DNA of 64,000 bases from Octopus bimaculoides (GCF_001194135.2 NC_068993.1:2637683-2701682), one strand, 5' to 3'; counted from the stretch's first letter, positions 13,400 to 27,655 are shown. Numbers and translations are program-made. Notes: a model not told the origin generated them from the sequence alone.

Positions 13400-13600
13400 G
13401 GGTGATACTTTGCAGCTGCCAGACACACAGCTTGCAAAGGTAACAATGAACGGACAGAGGAAGAAGGAAAACCTCAAATGCACAAGGACAGATGGACAGG
13501 AGTCAAAACAACATATGCAACAGAATGACCATCCTGGTGGAAGTTTGTTGCATTATCTGTGTCACAATGTCAGAAGACCAAACGCTAAGACTAGAGAAAT
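13400..13600 (+). mobile_element. Decayed RTE/RTEX-like LINE 3' end
   Basis: Fragments LQLPDTQLAKVTMNGQRKK and *PSWWKFVALSV resemble the RTE-type C-terminus (RMPD.R.AK....GKR..GRP ... DR..WR..V.AL). Confidence 0.4.
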
Positions 13601-14264
13601 ATAAAGAAAACTGAAGAATTAGGGTGTAATTTCATGCTGATAGAATTGAATCATGTCTGTTTTCTTCATATCCATGAATTAAGGATAATTTTGGATATCC
13701 TCATACAGAAAGTGCGATATTTTCATATACATCTTCATACTTCTCTCAGTGAAGTTCCATTGAAATTTTACCATTTATTGAATTCTGATATTGACCTCTG
13801 TTACAAACTAAAGTGGAATTGAAATATTTTGTGGCATATTCTAGTGTGATGATATTTACACCAAAGTGCAAACATACACAGCTAGACACATACTCAGATA
13901 TACACCCATGTAGACACACATACACACATGCAGACAGACACACACATACATGTCTTACTAACCAGTGACCTGTCAAGGCCATGGTCAGAAGGAGGTTGAA
14001 AATTGGTTTCATGAATATATCAAGAACTGTAAATTGGAACCAAACAACAAAACAGAACCAAAAATATAAAATAAAATTTGTCAAATGAATATCTGAATAG
14101 AATATTTGAAACTGAAGAATTCATTTGGAATAAAATGATTTGACTGATCTTTGAATGATTGTCTGAAGGAAGAAACTTGTCTGGTTTCTTGATAGGGTGG
14201 AGTCAGAAGTTCTAGAAGAATATATATTTTTATTTGTTAAACAAACTTTGATCTTTCTAGCCAC

Positions 14265-14306
<42 letters not shown>

Positions 14307-14471
14307 ATCTCTTTCTCTTTCTCTCACACACACATACACACTGACCATCTCTCTCTCTGTCACACACACACTCACTCACCAGCTCCCTCTCACTCTCTCA
14401 CATACACACAAACACTCACACACACTCACCATCTCTCTCTTTCTCTTTTTCTCACACACACACACTCACCA

Positions 14472-14506
<35 letters not shown>

Positions 14507-14537
14507 TACACACCATCGTATACACACACACTCACCA

Positions 14538-14575
<38 letters not shown>

Positions 14576-14650
14576 CATCTCATATACACACACTCACACT
14601 CACACACACATGAAAGCATACATACACATAAACTTACACACGTACACACA
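14265..14650. repeat. Higher-order alternation of (CA)n and (CT)n blocks joined by ccat
   Basis: The unit (ca)n-ccat-(ct)n repeats about six times. Confidence 0.85.
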
Positions 14651-15331
14651 CAAAGGCATTACATATGAACACACATTTATACACCCCTTACATAGAATAC
14701 ACAAACATACAAATATTCGAAAATGTATTTGTAAGGATTTATCTCGATTATATTGAATATTTTACTTGTCTCTTTCCATCCATCAACTTAAATTTCTGTT
14801 GTAAATTTTCATAGTTAATAGTTGATTTATATATTGAGGAATTATATTCCTCACAGATGGACGAAGCTACAATGAAGAACACTTAAATCATTTTATATTA
14901 TAAACAGAGTTCTTGTAGGAAGTGGTGGTCGGTGGGGTAATGGGCCATGATAGGAAATGGTTGCTTTATATTCAGCAGGAATTCTATGATAAATCACTGG
15001 AAATTCAACGTGTCTATGATTTCACTTTCTAAATGTAGAAACGATGTTGTCATTATGTAAAAAATTCAATATATCATATAGAACACAACATGATTTCAAT
15101 AATCAACCAGAAGGCCATGGTTTTTTTTAAGATTCTTATATAAAACAATAAGATAGCAAAATCTGATCATAAATTGCAAGACTGATGAACAGATATTGTA
15201 GAGTTTGGAACCTACCATTATTTGGTGCTGGGATTGGCATAGGGAAGTGTTTTCTCAACCTTTTTACCCTTGCGTAATCCTTAAAATAATTTACATATCT
15301 CAAGGAACCCCTGCACAAAAAAACAATTATA

Positions 15332-15400
15332 TACTATGGCATAGTGGTTAAGAGCACAGGCTACTAACCCCAAGATTCCGAGTTCGATTCCAGGCAGTGA

Positions 15401-15443
<43 letters not shown>

Positions 15444-15594
15444 TATTGAAAAATACCTTAGGAATGAGAACTGAGGTCCAAAATTTCCCCAAGACACCCG
15501 ATGAAGGCTGGAGGGCATATCAGCTGAAACGTTAACAACAAGCAAGATGAGGACAAATATCCGTCAATTGTAAATAATGTAAATAATGTACTAT
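15332..15594 (+). mobile_element. tRNA-headed SINE-like element with internal (TAA)n and a degenerate hammerhead-like 3' module
   Basis: A box TGGCATAGTGG (15337-15347) and B box GTTCGATTC (15382-15390), then (TAA)n at 15405-15445. These are followed by gacac-CCGAUGA-aggctg..cagct-GAAAC-GUU (15493-15533) and a tail of (tgtaaataa)2. The flanking direct repeat tactat lies at 15332-15337 and 15589-15594. Confidence 0.75.
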
Positions 15595-16417
15595 ATCTTT
15601 CTCATATTTTTTCATTGTCGAAGGTTAAGATCTGCAGGAAAGATACGAGCAGGGAAAGGATTCTAGAGGGTTGATGCTCTGGAGAGAAAAGACCGAAACT
15701 AGTTAATACAGTGCTAGGTGAGGTTGGACAGGACAAGAAAGATGAGAGATAGAATGCCAAAACAGGTGTGGGTTGTGTATATAATGGAGGTAGAAGACCA
15801 GACAGCTCCATGGAACAGGAGCTCTTAGAGGAACAATTGAAATTGCCAACCGTTTTTGTAGAGAGATTATTTAACATTTAATTATGTTACACTTTTAATC
15901 CTAACCTGCATGAGACCAACCACACTAAAGTAATCCTAATTAAAGGAAAATCTCAACTGGAATCTCATTACAACAAGAATGATGTTGTGGGTTTTCTGTT
16001 GATCAACACTATTGCAATATGATAATATATTAAATTACAGAAATTTTTGGTAAAACCCTTCAAAATAATGATTACAATGAAAAATGAACAAAAAAAAAAA
16101 AGAAAGAAAAGAAGAATTGTAAACAATTTAGTTGTTAGAAATCAAGTCATATACAGGGTTGCTAGAAAGTAAGATGAGGAAATTATTCCTCAGGTACTTT
16201 GTAAGATAATCAGTAAAAGTGTTAAGAAAATAATTCAGAAATAATAGAATCTGTTCTTATAACTAATTTTCATAATGAGCATCATGAAATTAAAGTGGCT
16301 AATTAGCATAGTTGTTTGAATATTCTAAGAATAAATGACTTATGCCTTGTGGTTAATGTTCTGGGTTTGTGCTGTCTAAGTTTAAAAATAACGTTTCATT
16401 TATATATTTCGAATTAA

Positions 16418-16636
16418 AGTGGTGAACGGACAGAATTGTTACCAAACTAGAAACATTTCATCCATCTTTACGTTCTGAGTTCAAATTTCACTGAGGTCAA
16501 CCCCATGCTTGTGAAGTAATGTGTATATGTAAGTATGTATGTGTGTGGATATGTTTGTGTGTGTTTGTCCCCCAACATCACTTGACAACCGATGCTGGTG
16601 TGTTGACATCCCTGTAACCTAGTGGTTCAGCAAAAC
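16418..16636 (+). mobile_element. Family A SINE head joined to a family D segment
   Basis: Head plus gagttcaaattt..gaggtcaac, then ccccaacatcacttgacaaccgatgctggtgtg, which is also found at about 45605-45785. Confidence 0.65.
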
Positions 16637-18730
16637 GTCCCCTCTTCATTAACCCCTTTTCTCCTCTTTTACTTGTGTAATTCTGGTTTCAATTCTTTGT
16701 AATGTCTCTTCTTTTGTACAATTATTACGCTGTCTTTCTGCTGTCAGAATCACACCTTAGGCTCCAGAATATGCTAGAACTTTGTTCTGGTTTCTTTCCT
16801 GGGGACTTAATTTAACTTAATGAATAATTCAATAACTTGAAAGTAATGAGATTTTATTCATTCTATTTAATGGTATTTTTATTCATATTATGAATCAGAA
16901 TTTAATGGAACTTCTTCCTGTACAAACTTTGTTTTGCCTCGTTGCATTTCATCTGCATGTATAACTAATCTAAGAGAACTCCTGGTAAAATTAATCGGGT
17001 ATCAAACAGGATAACGAGGGTAACAGTTGGTGGTTTGTAACCTGTAACCAAGACATTTAATTTCTAAAATGGCCAAGTTTAATATGAATTAGTACAAATG
17101 CTGTAACAATTTCAATCTTCAACTGCCAAAATCTTCTCTTTCTGTAGATGTCTCTGTAAGAGAAAGAGACTTGCTCAAGACAACAGTTTAGATTATGTCT
17201 TTTGTTGTCTTCTGTAACAAAATAAATTATGATATTTGTGCTTTCATTTTTATTACCAAAGTCAAATTTAACCTTTGACTTTTTGGCGCTGATAAAATGG
17301 GCAACAATCCAGCATGGGGAATTTGAGGAACGGTAAGATTGTCATACAAAATACTTTTTGGTATTTGTTCTGGCCATTTGCATTCTGAGTTCAAATCCTA
17401 CTGTGGCCTACTTGTTTGTAGGCTTAAACCATTTCACAGTTTAACACCACCATCTGGCATCGTGACTGCCTTTAGTGGTCCCCACACTGCTGCAATCATT
17501 TCAGCCAGGTTTCTAGATTAAGGACAACTTCCTCTCTCAGTCCCTTCTTTCCACTTTTCTTGAAGTCTCTGTAAAGGGTCTTTAGCAATGCCTTCTCTCC
17601 TGACTTAAAAATAAAACAACAAAAATGCATCTGAGTTAAATCAAATACGTTTCTATGAGTTTTTGAAGAGTTCATGTATTTTATTTTAATTACAATTTAA
17701 TATTATTCAAAGCTTTGTAAAACAGTTTACAAAGAATAGAGGTTGGTGTCTCAAATCCAGTTAGATAATGGGAGATGATCTCTTTTGTGAAAAAGAAAGG
17801 AGAGGAATGTCTATGATACCTTTCTTGTTACAGATAATGACATGCTGAAGTTGCTAACTGTTAACAAAGGCGTTATACCATGATATAAGCAGGCATAAAC
17901 AAAGCCTTTAATGATGGAAATTCAACCCAGCATCTTTGATAATTGCAAACCAATCCTTCATATGCTCAGTAAATATACCTTCACATAAAAAGCAAATTTT
18001 CCAAGAAGCTTGTTTGATAATTGCTTGTCGTGTAATGGTTCAGTGAATTAGATGAGAAAGTGTGGAGGAACTTGGTGTAATCATGTAAAATATCACCAGA
18101 GAATTCAAGAAAACCATTTCAATACGTTCCTACTATAACTAATTGGTTTGATCTTACTTGCAGAAGATTTCAAGAAGTATTTCCTTGTCATTTCATGCCG
18201 AAAAGCAAAACGAAAGTAAAAAGAAAAAAAAAGATGAAAAGACAAAATCAAACTAGATATAAAAAAAAAGCATGTTTTTACATTTGTATAGCAAGAAGCC
18301 ATCACTGAATGACCATAAATCAAATTGCACATTGATATTTTGAAATTGATGTTTTCTATATTGCTTCACTGCTTTATCAAAAGAAAATGGTGCTCTTTGA
18401 CGGAAACAGACATTTTTGACATCGTGAAGCATCGCTGTTCTTTAAGGGTGATTAGTTTTCTGATTTGATCTAATGATTGATTTCTTCTTTATCTTCTGTT
18501 GGCAAGTGTTAAGTTATAATGGCCATTCCTGTGATTTCACTTGTCTTTTGTCTCTTTGACATTCTACACTTATTTGTTAAGGCTTTTGTTGCGTTTCGTA
18601 CGACGAAATACTTTTAACTCCATGATCCGAAAGCTTCCATCTCTCTTTTGTACACACACACACATATATATATGGAGACCAAGCACATATTTACAAAAAT
18701 TATAAACACATATATGCGTAATTACATACA

Positions 18731-18772
<42 letters not shown>

Positions 18773-18801
18773 ATTGTCTAATATATTTATGTATGATCAT
18801 G

Positions 18802-18833
<32 letters not shown>

Positions 18834-18945
18834 AATCTCTCTCCATATATATATATATATATATATATAATTGTCTAAAAGCATATATATATAGTTGTTT
18901 TAACTATATGATGCAATGGCACACACACATATTATGCTTAGGCAT

Positions 18946-18997
<52 letters not shown>

Positions 18998-19392
18998 CTA
19001 TGTATGTAGATATAGTTTTCTACTATATGCATATATTTGCACAGATATATTTTTCCTTAGATATCTTTTCAAGTAGAAATATATAAGTTATAACGTTACA
19101 TGCAACCTATTTATCTATGTAGATATAAAGGAGATAATAATTGTCAGTTATTGGTTGAACATAACAAAGACCAGATCAGAGTGGTTGCAAGAAGTCAAAA
19201 CCATATAAAGTTGTTTAGATTTAGAAAAATCTAGTGAAACAGGTTTACATAACCACATGGAATGGTGAAAGGCTGCTGCTGCTGCTGTTGTTGTTGTTGT
19301 TGTTGTTGTTTAAAATATCCTCAGATCAGCTCTGATCAAAAAGATGTATGAAGAAAAACATTCCATCCTGAGCAATCACATTGGGATTCAGA

Positions 19393-19616
19393 TACATGTG
19401 GGGGTGCTGGAAAGTTCCTGGTTTAAAGAGTACCACAAAAGGTCTGGCAGGAGGCCCAACCTTCTGGGTTCTTTTACAGGGCTCAGAAAAACTGAAGGGC
19501 CACTGCAATAAGTGTGTGAATCTGAGTAGAGAATCTGGGTTGAATAAAAATCCTAATTAACTGATCCTCCTGTATTTTTCCTTTTTATCCAAAGCCAAGA
19601 AATTTTCAATATATCT
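19393..19616 (+). mobile_element. Internally deleted mariner derivative
   Basis: Left end ggggtgctggaaagttcctggttt and right end aaagccaagaaattttca are inverted. The interior encodes KLKGHCNKCVNLSRE, like the mariner transposase C-terminus (L..RW.KCV...G.Y.E). Confidence 0.7.
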
Positions 19617-19624
19617 ATTGTTTA

Positions 19625-19890
19625 TTTGTAAACTCGAGGCTATAGAAGAAGACACTGCCAAGGAGCCAAGCAATGGGACTGAACCGAGAACCATCTGGTT
19701 GGGAAGCAAGCTTCTTACCGCACACCCATGCCAGTCCCTATATGACTCTTCTGCTCAGTTTCCATGAAGCAAACTTGGACACAAGGCTTTGGTCAAGTCG
19801 ATGCTATAACAGAGGACATTTGCTCATGGTGCTCTGCAAGAGGATTGAACCCTAAAACACATGATTGTAAAGCAAAATTCTTCACCTCAC
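19625..19890 (-). mobile_element. Two partial family B tRNA-SINE copies
   Basis: gaggctatagaagaagacac..gggactgaaccgagaaccat..gcaagcttcttacc and aaggctttggtc..gaggacatttgctc..attgaaccc match the copy at 32798-32960. Confidence 0.65.
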
Positions 19891-20712
19891 GGCCATATTT
19901 ACATTTTTATAATGAACTTCAAGACAAAGATGTAAGTATTACTTAAAACTGAGAGGCTGGCCATGGGTAGAACACCTTTCATCATAGACCTACTCAATTA
20001 TGACTGACCCAGGGCTGAACAACAACACCAAAATATTGATCTATCTTCTTCTATTCTTTTCCCATGGCTACCATCGACACTATCTCCCTCAGTTCAGTTG
20101 CATCACTCGACAAAGAAATATTATACACAACCATTCATTTGGTCATTCATTCTTTGTAAACACCCCATTTTCAATAATGTTTTAAAAAGACAGGGTTTTC
20201 AATACATCAACGAATATGTTTAGATCGAGTTAAGTCAAGCTTCAATAGAAACAGTCACTATATATGTGTATGCGTATATCTGACGTGTGTGTATTGAATG
20301 AGCTAATATTCAATGTGCGTAGGTGTATGTGTGTGACTGTACGTGTGTGTTTGTGCAAATATATGATTCTATATTCAAATAGATTTGTAACTGTTGTAAT
20401 AGATTTGAATATTTATAAATGTACACCCATGTTTATATATCAGAATTGAAGTGTCCATAGATTCAAATCCATCATCACAAGCAGCATATATATGTGTGTG
20501 TGTGTGGGCTTGCATGTGTTTGTGCATGTGTGTATGCATATAGATATATATGTATATGTATAATACATATATATACATATATATGAAAGCATATATGAAC
20601 ATGTATATATATATATATATATATACACACACGCATATATAGATACATACATTCATACATACATATATACATATATATATACATACATACGTCATACATA
20701 TATGCGTGTATG

Positions 20713-20750
<38 letters not shown>

Positions 20751-20796
20751 CATAAGCACATTTATATACATATATGTATACATATCTATATCTATC

Positions 20797-20828
<32 letters not shown>

Positions 20829-20869
20829 ATTGAATTGAATATATATATATATNNNNNNNNNNACATACA

Positions 20870-20900
<31 letters not shown>

Positions 20901-21311
20901 TTACATACATGCTTACATATATATATGCGTATGTATGCTTAAAATTGTACACAATTCTTTCTGCATACATGGGTGGTATGTTCATGTGAAGAACATAATC
21001 AATCATATACAAAGAAATGTGAGTATATCATAGATATGTGTAATTAAATAAAGAAAAAAAGTATGGAACACACAGACACACACGCACACACACACACACG
21101 CACATACACACACACACACACGCACATCACGAACACACACAGAAACAAACATATATGCAAATATATACAGAACACATATGAACATGCTTAGTTTTTTTTT
21201 CTATCAGGACAGGACAGGCAGGTAGAGATATAGAAAAACTGACAGATAAGAGAGACAGATAAATAAACAGATAAATATATAGATAGACAGATTGTTATAT
21301 AGACTGAAAGA

Positions 21312-21367
<56 letters not shown>

Positions 21368-22455
21368 NNNNNNNNNNNNNNNNNNNNNNNNNNNNNNNNA
21401 TATATACATATATAGGAAAGATAGATAGATAAATAGATGGGCGGATAGACAGACAGGTATATATATATATATATATATATATGGAGAGGTAGATTGATAG
21501 ACAGATAGATAAAAGGCGGACAAAAAGACAGGTACATAGAAAGACGATAACTAGATAGATGGATGGATTGGATAAATAGATGATAGATAGATAATCAGAT
21601 AAACAGATTGATAAGCATAAGCAGAAGTGAAAAAACAAAAAAAGACCTGCCACAACAAATAAATATTTAGCATTTGTTTTGATATCATCCTTTTTCCATT
21701 ATTTGCAGCATTAACAGGATTGGCTTGAAAATTCAACACAAAATAAAGTGAATATATACAATCTAGTTAGTGACACGAGTAGTGTTTTTTTAAAACATCT
21801 ATTGTTTCATTCTTCTAAGTTATTTATTTTATCAACATATAATTGGTTTTATTTTTATGGTTGTTTCTCTTGTTTTCATATGTATTACACCGGAATTGTT
21901 TTTGCAAGGAAATATTAAATAATTACTTTGATTCATCTGCTGTGTATTTTCAGTTCCATGTCAACCAACATTTCATATATTTCTAATGGGATTTTGGTTT
22001 AGAATATCCATAGAAGGGAGAGATTGCTTTGTTTGTTTTCATGGGGAGGTAGAATGCATGCAAGCGCACACATACACATATGTATGTGTGCATGCATGTT
22101 TGTGCATGCATGCGTGTTTGTGCGTGCATGTGTGTATGTGTGTGCATGTGTGTGTAGGATTGCCACTCTTTTTTCTGAGAATAAACCATTATTCCAACAA
22201 TAGTTTTGTTTCCATCCTTCTACTCCTTCTGTTTTTTTTATAAATTTCATTCTTTCTCTTTGCATTCTCTTATATGTGGGTGTTATATGTGCATACATAC
22301 ATACATGTATTTATATACACATATGACATATATGTGTGTGTGTGTGTGTGTGTAGGTATATCTATCTATCTATCTATCTATATATATATANNNNNNNNNN
22401 TAGATATATAAAAATACATATATATGTATGTATATATATATATATATATATACAT

Positions 22456-22508
<53 letters not shown>

Positions 22509-23409
22509 GGTTACTTAACGTTCGTGGGTGTAGAATATGTCCACATCAGATGATCAGAGTCATGGTGGAGAAAGAATTTAAAAGAAATGGCATACTTTTC
22601 TGTTTACCATTCAGCCATTGGGTAGGTGTTATGTAGCAGCTTTTGCAGCAAACATGAGGCACCCACAATTTATCTTGGTCCTCAACTTTGCACCCAAAAT
22701 AAAGCTTGTAAGCATTTTAAAATTTCTTTGCAAGCTTATTTCTCTGATCTTTTGGTGTAAATTTTCCAGTAGTGTTACTGGTTTCTAATGGGTTAACAAA
22801 AGAAATTATGGTGTCATCTCATATCAGACCCAATTGTGCAAACAAATTATCAAAGACATTCCTTCCATGCCCTTTCCATCTTTACAGAGATTGCGTATCT
22901 CTACATGATTTCCATAATTTTCTTTTTAAAGCTGTCATTTGAGAGCAACGTCAATCCTATTGCGTCTTGGCAGTCTCTCATTAGTTAGTAGCAAGAATTG
23001 TGGTCTCAGGTCATAACCATAGAACCATTTGTCACGAAAGCCTCACGTCAAATTCTAGACTTCTCCCTTGATACATATTTCTTGACTGATAGCAAAACCT
23101 CTTAGTACGGATCAATATTTCTGAAAGATATTTCGGAGACATAAAAACACAGATGAGAATCTCCAGACATCATCAAAAGCAAATTTTTCTCGGTCAAAAA
23201 TTACACAAATTGTTTGTTTAGAGAATAAATACTTTTTACCTTCGTTTTTCCGTTTATTGGATGTAATTTAGTGTAAATCAAAATCGCCAGGTTCTGTGTC
23301 TTTGAAATATTTTCTGTTGATAGGTGACAACTTTGCTAATAGACAAGTCATTACCAAAGACAGTTCTTCAAAGCTGATTCTTTTTTTTTACTGTGTTTTA
23401 GATAAAAGT

Positions 23410-23756
23410 ATAGTTTTTTGTCATGTTTGTTTGTTTGTTTGTCCATGGACAAGATATCTCAAGAACCGCTGAATAGATTCAAATGAAACTCTCAGAGATG
23501 TTTGACCTTGTGACTAGCATGAATTGATTAGATTTTGGGATCGATCCAGTACCAGACAAGGATTCTGGATTATTTTTCCGTTTTTTTTTACTTCATTTTT
23601 GAAATCGGTCGGGTTCATTTTTAGTATTCTCGTTTATTAGAACAACCGAGTTTATTTCAGGTATCCTCATTTTAATAAATATCTCTGGCTATTTCTTGAG
23701 AGGAAAGGACGTTGGTGTTGCCTTCGTGGAGGTTTGCACTCTCTGGGTGCTCTTGT
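23410..23756. mobile_element. Non-autonomous Helentron-associated (HINE/DINE-1-like) element
   Basis: (GTTT)n microsatellite, gatatctcaagaaccgctgaatagattcaaatgaaact, palindromic gatcgatcc, and a terminus whose reverse complement is acaagagcacccagagagtgcaaacctccacgaagg. This end is repeated at 62951. Classification is from the remembered HINE architecture. Confidence 0.55.
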
Positions 23757-24068
23757 TCTGTAATACTTATGTTTAATGTCCAAGTTTCAGCACCATATAG
23801 TAGAAGGGGCCCTGGGTAATAATATTTTAATAATAATTTCTTGTTTTAATATTAATGTTCCTTGAACTTCATATGTTTGCCATTTTAAAAATATCTTCTT
23901 GGCTCTGTCACTACGTTTGGTACCTGCTTCCCATTTACCATTTCTGGTTCCATAGATCCCAGTGATATTATCTTTGCTTTTCCTTCTATTAGCTTTCCTG
24001 AAATTGTAATTGTTACTTTGAGTTGAGTGTTGTTTTATGCTTTATATATGTATACATACATGTATGCA

Positions 24069-24099
<31 letters not shown>

Positions 24100-24255
24100 G
24101 CCTATGCATACATAAATGAATACATATGCATATAACCATGCATTGTACACAAGTCTCTCTGCATGCAGATATCAAGGTATGTATGCATACATTTATATAC
24201 ATAGATGTATACATACACACACATGCACACACACTCGTATACATATGTATATGCA

Positions 24256-24297
<42 letters not shown>

Positions 24298-24982
24298 TAT
24301 GTGTGTGTGTTTGTGTCTCTGTGTGTGTGTTTGTATGTATATATACATACACACACACATATGTATACATATATATATTCTTCCATTATTGCATACACAT
24401 ACACATACCAGCATGCGTCCATGCATACATACCTGTTTATACATTCATAGATACCTATGTGCACGTATACTTCTATATGCATCATCTATAATAACATTTC
24501 CTAACTGGTTGCCATTTTAATTAAATCCAGTGAAGCTAACCTCAGTGCTTGTTAACAGAATGAAATCTGAGAAGCAGGCAGGTGTTGCAGTAATCTTGCC
24601 ATATTTATTGGGTTAGCAAAAGTTAAGTGAAATGGAAGCGAGGCAACAACAAGAAACTATTTCATTCCCTAATATCAAAAACTCTTACGTTTCTCAAAAG
24701 CAAGGAAATCTGGGTGAAGACGTCACTGTTCTGTACTGGTTGCTTGGAATTTTGTGATAGGTTTAGCATTGGTGTTGTCAAAGTGTTCAGAAATAATGCT
24801 TCAAAGTCATCTTCTTTGTCATCATTGTCATTGTTGTTGTCGTCATCATTGTTGCTGTCATCATCATCGTTGTTGGCATTGGTATTGATATCGTTGTCAC
24901 TGTCATCATTGTTGTCATCATTTTTGTTCTTGTCATCATCATCATCACCATCATCATCATCGACATCGTCATCGTCATCATC

Positions 24983-25013
<31 letters not shown>

Positions 25014-25859
25014 CCACCACCAGGTTTTGTCTATGTGCCATGACTGTTAATTCTCTAATTTATACATTCTCAGATGTTGACTTCATTAAATGGTAACTTT
25101 GTTGCTACAGAGAGAACCTAGGATTCTGCAGTTAACTTCACATTGGTCAGAAGGATGTGTGTGAAAGGTCATGATTGTGTTGGTCATTGGTCACTTTCTG
25201 CACCTAATTAACATTAAAGGTTGCCTAAAAACATCTAGAGGTAACATTATTACATAAGAAACGACACAATACGAAATCATGAAAGCCACTCTTTTAATAA
25301 ATACAATTGCGTATTTATATATTTAGTGTCACATACATTAAAATAGCTTCAATCACATTGCAGTTCTCTCCTTTTGTTACTAGAAATTTTATTCAATTAC
25401 TAATGCAGAAATATACCTGCTTTCTCCATATTTTCTCTTTTGAGTAAGTTATCAGAACATTAAATAAAAATAATTTGAAACTGCATGCAGAAAATAAGTA
25501 CAGTCAAGGAAATCGTTTTTGATAATAAAATTTGCACTAAAAATGAAGTGATATAAGAATTATTCAATGAAATAGCACCAGCAAAACCTCTGCGTAGCTG
25601 CAATTGTTGCATGCTTGTTTCTGTGCAATTAGGTAAAATTTTCAGTTTGTTTATGATTAAAGCTAATATTGAACCAAAAAAGAAAACAGAAATTTTATTT
25701 TTTTTAGAATTGGTCAATGCAAAACCAATTACAACATGTAAACATTTGTATTAAGAAATAAATATAGTTTTCTATACATTATATTTATTTTATTATCATT
25801 TTCATTACATTTTTATAAGTCGGGTATATTTGCCGTCATTATTGTTAGCAAGATACAAG

Positions 25860-26035
25860 ATGGGGAGCTGGCAGACTCATTAGAAAGCCAGGCAAGACGC
25901 ATTGCAGTATTTCATCTGTCTTTACATTCTAAGTTCAAATTCTGCAGAGGTTGACTTTGCCTATCATCTTTTTGGGGTCAATAAAATAAGTACCAGTTTA
26001 ACATTGGGGTTGATATAATCGATTAAGCCCCACCC
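25860..26035 (+). mobile_element. Family A SINE
   Basis: gggagctggcaga..aagttcaaattctgcagaggttgactttgcctatcatc..aagtaccag. Confidence 0.85.
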
Positions 26036-27115
26036 TGCTGGCATGGGTGGGACATTTTGACAGGAGCTGGTAAGGCCAGGAATTGCACCAGGTTCTATTG
26101 TCTGTTCTGTCAAGGTTTCTACAGCTGGATGCCCTTGCTAATGCCAGCCATATTACAGAGTGGACTTGGTGCTTTAAGGTGGCACCAGTGCTTTACATGT
26201 GGCACCAGCACTGACAATGTCATAAAGCAATTTGCAATACAAAACTACTTGGCTGAGAGGCAGGGAGAAGTATTGAGACGAGGGTGGCTTTGAGTCAGTT
26301 GAAAGGTTAGAAATAAAGAGGAACAAGGATAGGTGTCTGGCTGTAGAATAGATACATGGATACCCCAGTTGGAAGAGGAAGAAGAACAAGTTAGAGATAA
26401 GGAGAGTGGGTGAGTGAGAAAGTAAAATAAAGAGAGCAATAAATAGTGAGAGATGGTGGGGTGGTGGGGAAGATGTGTCAAGACATTCCCTCGAGGGACA
26501 TAGGGGTGGGGGTTATGAGAATAAGTGAGATGAAACAGAAAATATATTTTATATAAAGACTGAATAACTTTCAGAAAATCCTAATGCGAGCCTAATCTTC
26601 TTTATACTTTAATATTAATTATTCAATATGGAATTAAGTGTTTCTGTGAATTTTTCATAATTAGTCTGCTGCATGTTAATTAAGTAACATGTTTTGGTGA
26701 AGTGTGTGAGCGAAAAAGTCTGTGATAAAGTTTGAACTCATTATTGATTGAGAGAAAATAATAACGATAGAAAATAATAAATGATATTTTATTTGATTGT
26801 GAATTCTATTAGATTTACAATAATACATTTTTACAAAGATGATTTCTCTTTACAAATTGATATATAATTTAGTAGTATATACAAACAATTAATATAGAAG
26901 ACGAAAAAGTTTAAAAGTATAATGTGGACAAACAAGTTGCATATAAATATTGAGATATTAAATTAGACAGACAATCAAAAAAAGATAATGTTCTTAACTT
27001 AAGCTGTCTTCCAGAAAATTCTTTATATAAAAGGAAGAAAACATGGGATAAAAGAAAAGCAAGAAAATAGGATATTGATTATGTGAAGAAAGAATAAAAA
27101 TAAACATTATTATTA

Positions 27116-27185
<70 letters not shown>

Positions 27186-27655
27186 CATCATCATCATTAT
27201 TATTGAGTTAAAAAATAATCATTGTCGTTCAATTAAAAATACTAATTATCGAATTATTATAATTTATAAGCAGAGTGCCAGACTGCAGCATGTAGCNNNN
27301 NNNNNNNNNNNNNNNNNNNNNNNNNNNNNNNNNNNNNNNNNNNNNNNNNNNNNNNNNNNNNNNNNNNNNNNNNNNNNNNNNNNNNNNNNNNNNNNNNNNN
27401 NNNNNNNNNNNNNNNNNNNNNNNNNNNNNNNNNNNNNNNNNNNNNNNNNNNNNNNNNNNNNNNNNNNNNNNNNNNNNNNNNNNNNNNNNNNNNNNNNNNN
27501 NNNNNNNNNNNNNNNNNNNNNNNNNNNNNNNNNNNNNNNNNNNNNNNNNNNNNNNNNNNNNNNNNNNNNNNNNNNNNNNNNNNNNNNNNNNNNNNNNNNN
27601 NNNNNNNNNNNNNNNNNNNNNNNNNNNNNNNNNNNNNNNNNNNNNNNNNNNNNNN

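Noticed and set aside
15337-15400. Functional tRNA gene
   Set aside because: A and B boxes are present, but there is no acceptor stem or T-run terminator, and it continues into a repeat body. The same applies to the family A and B heads.
16620-16760. Open minus frame VILTAERQRNNCTKEETLQRIETRITQVKEEKK
   Set aside because: Starts right after a stop, lacks a good acceptor, and runs into a SINE.
17880-18050. Minus frame TITRQAIIKQASWKICFLCEGIFTEHMKDWF, possible transposase remnant
   Set aside because: Bounded by stops, with no diagnostic motif.
22505-22555. Hammerhead-like CUGAUGU...GAACGUU (minus strand)
   Set aside because: Two core deviations and poor stems.
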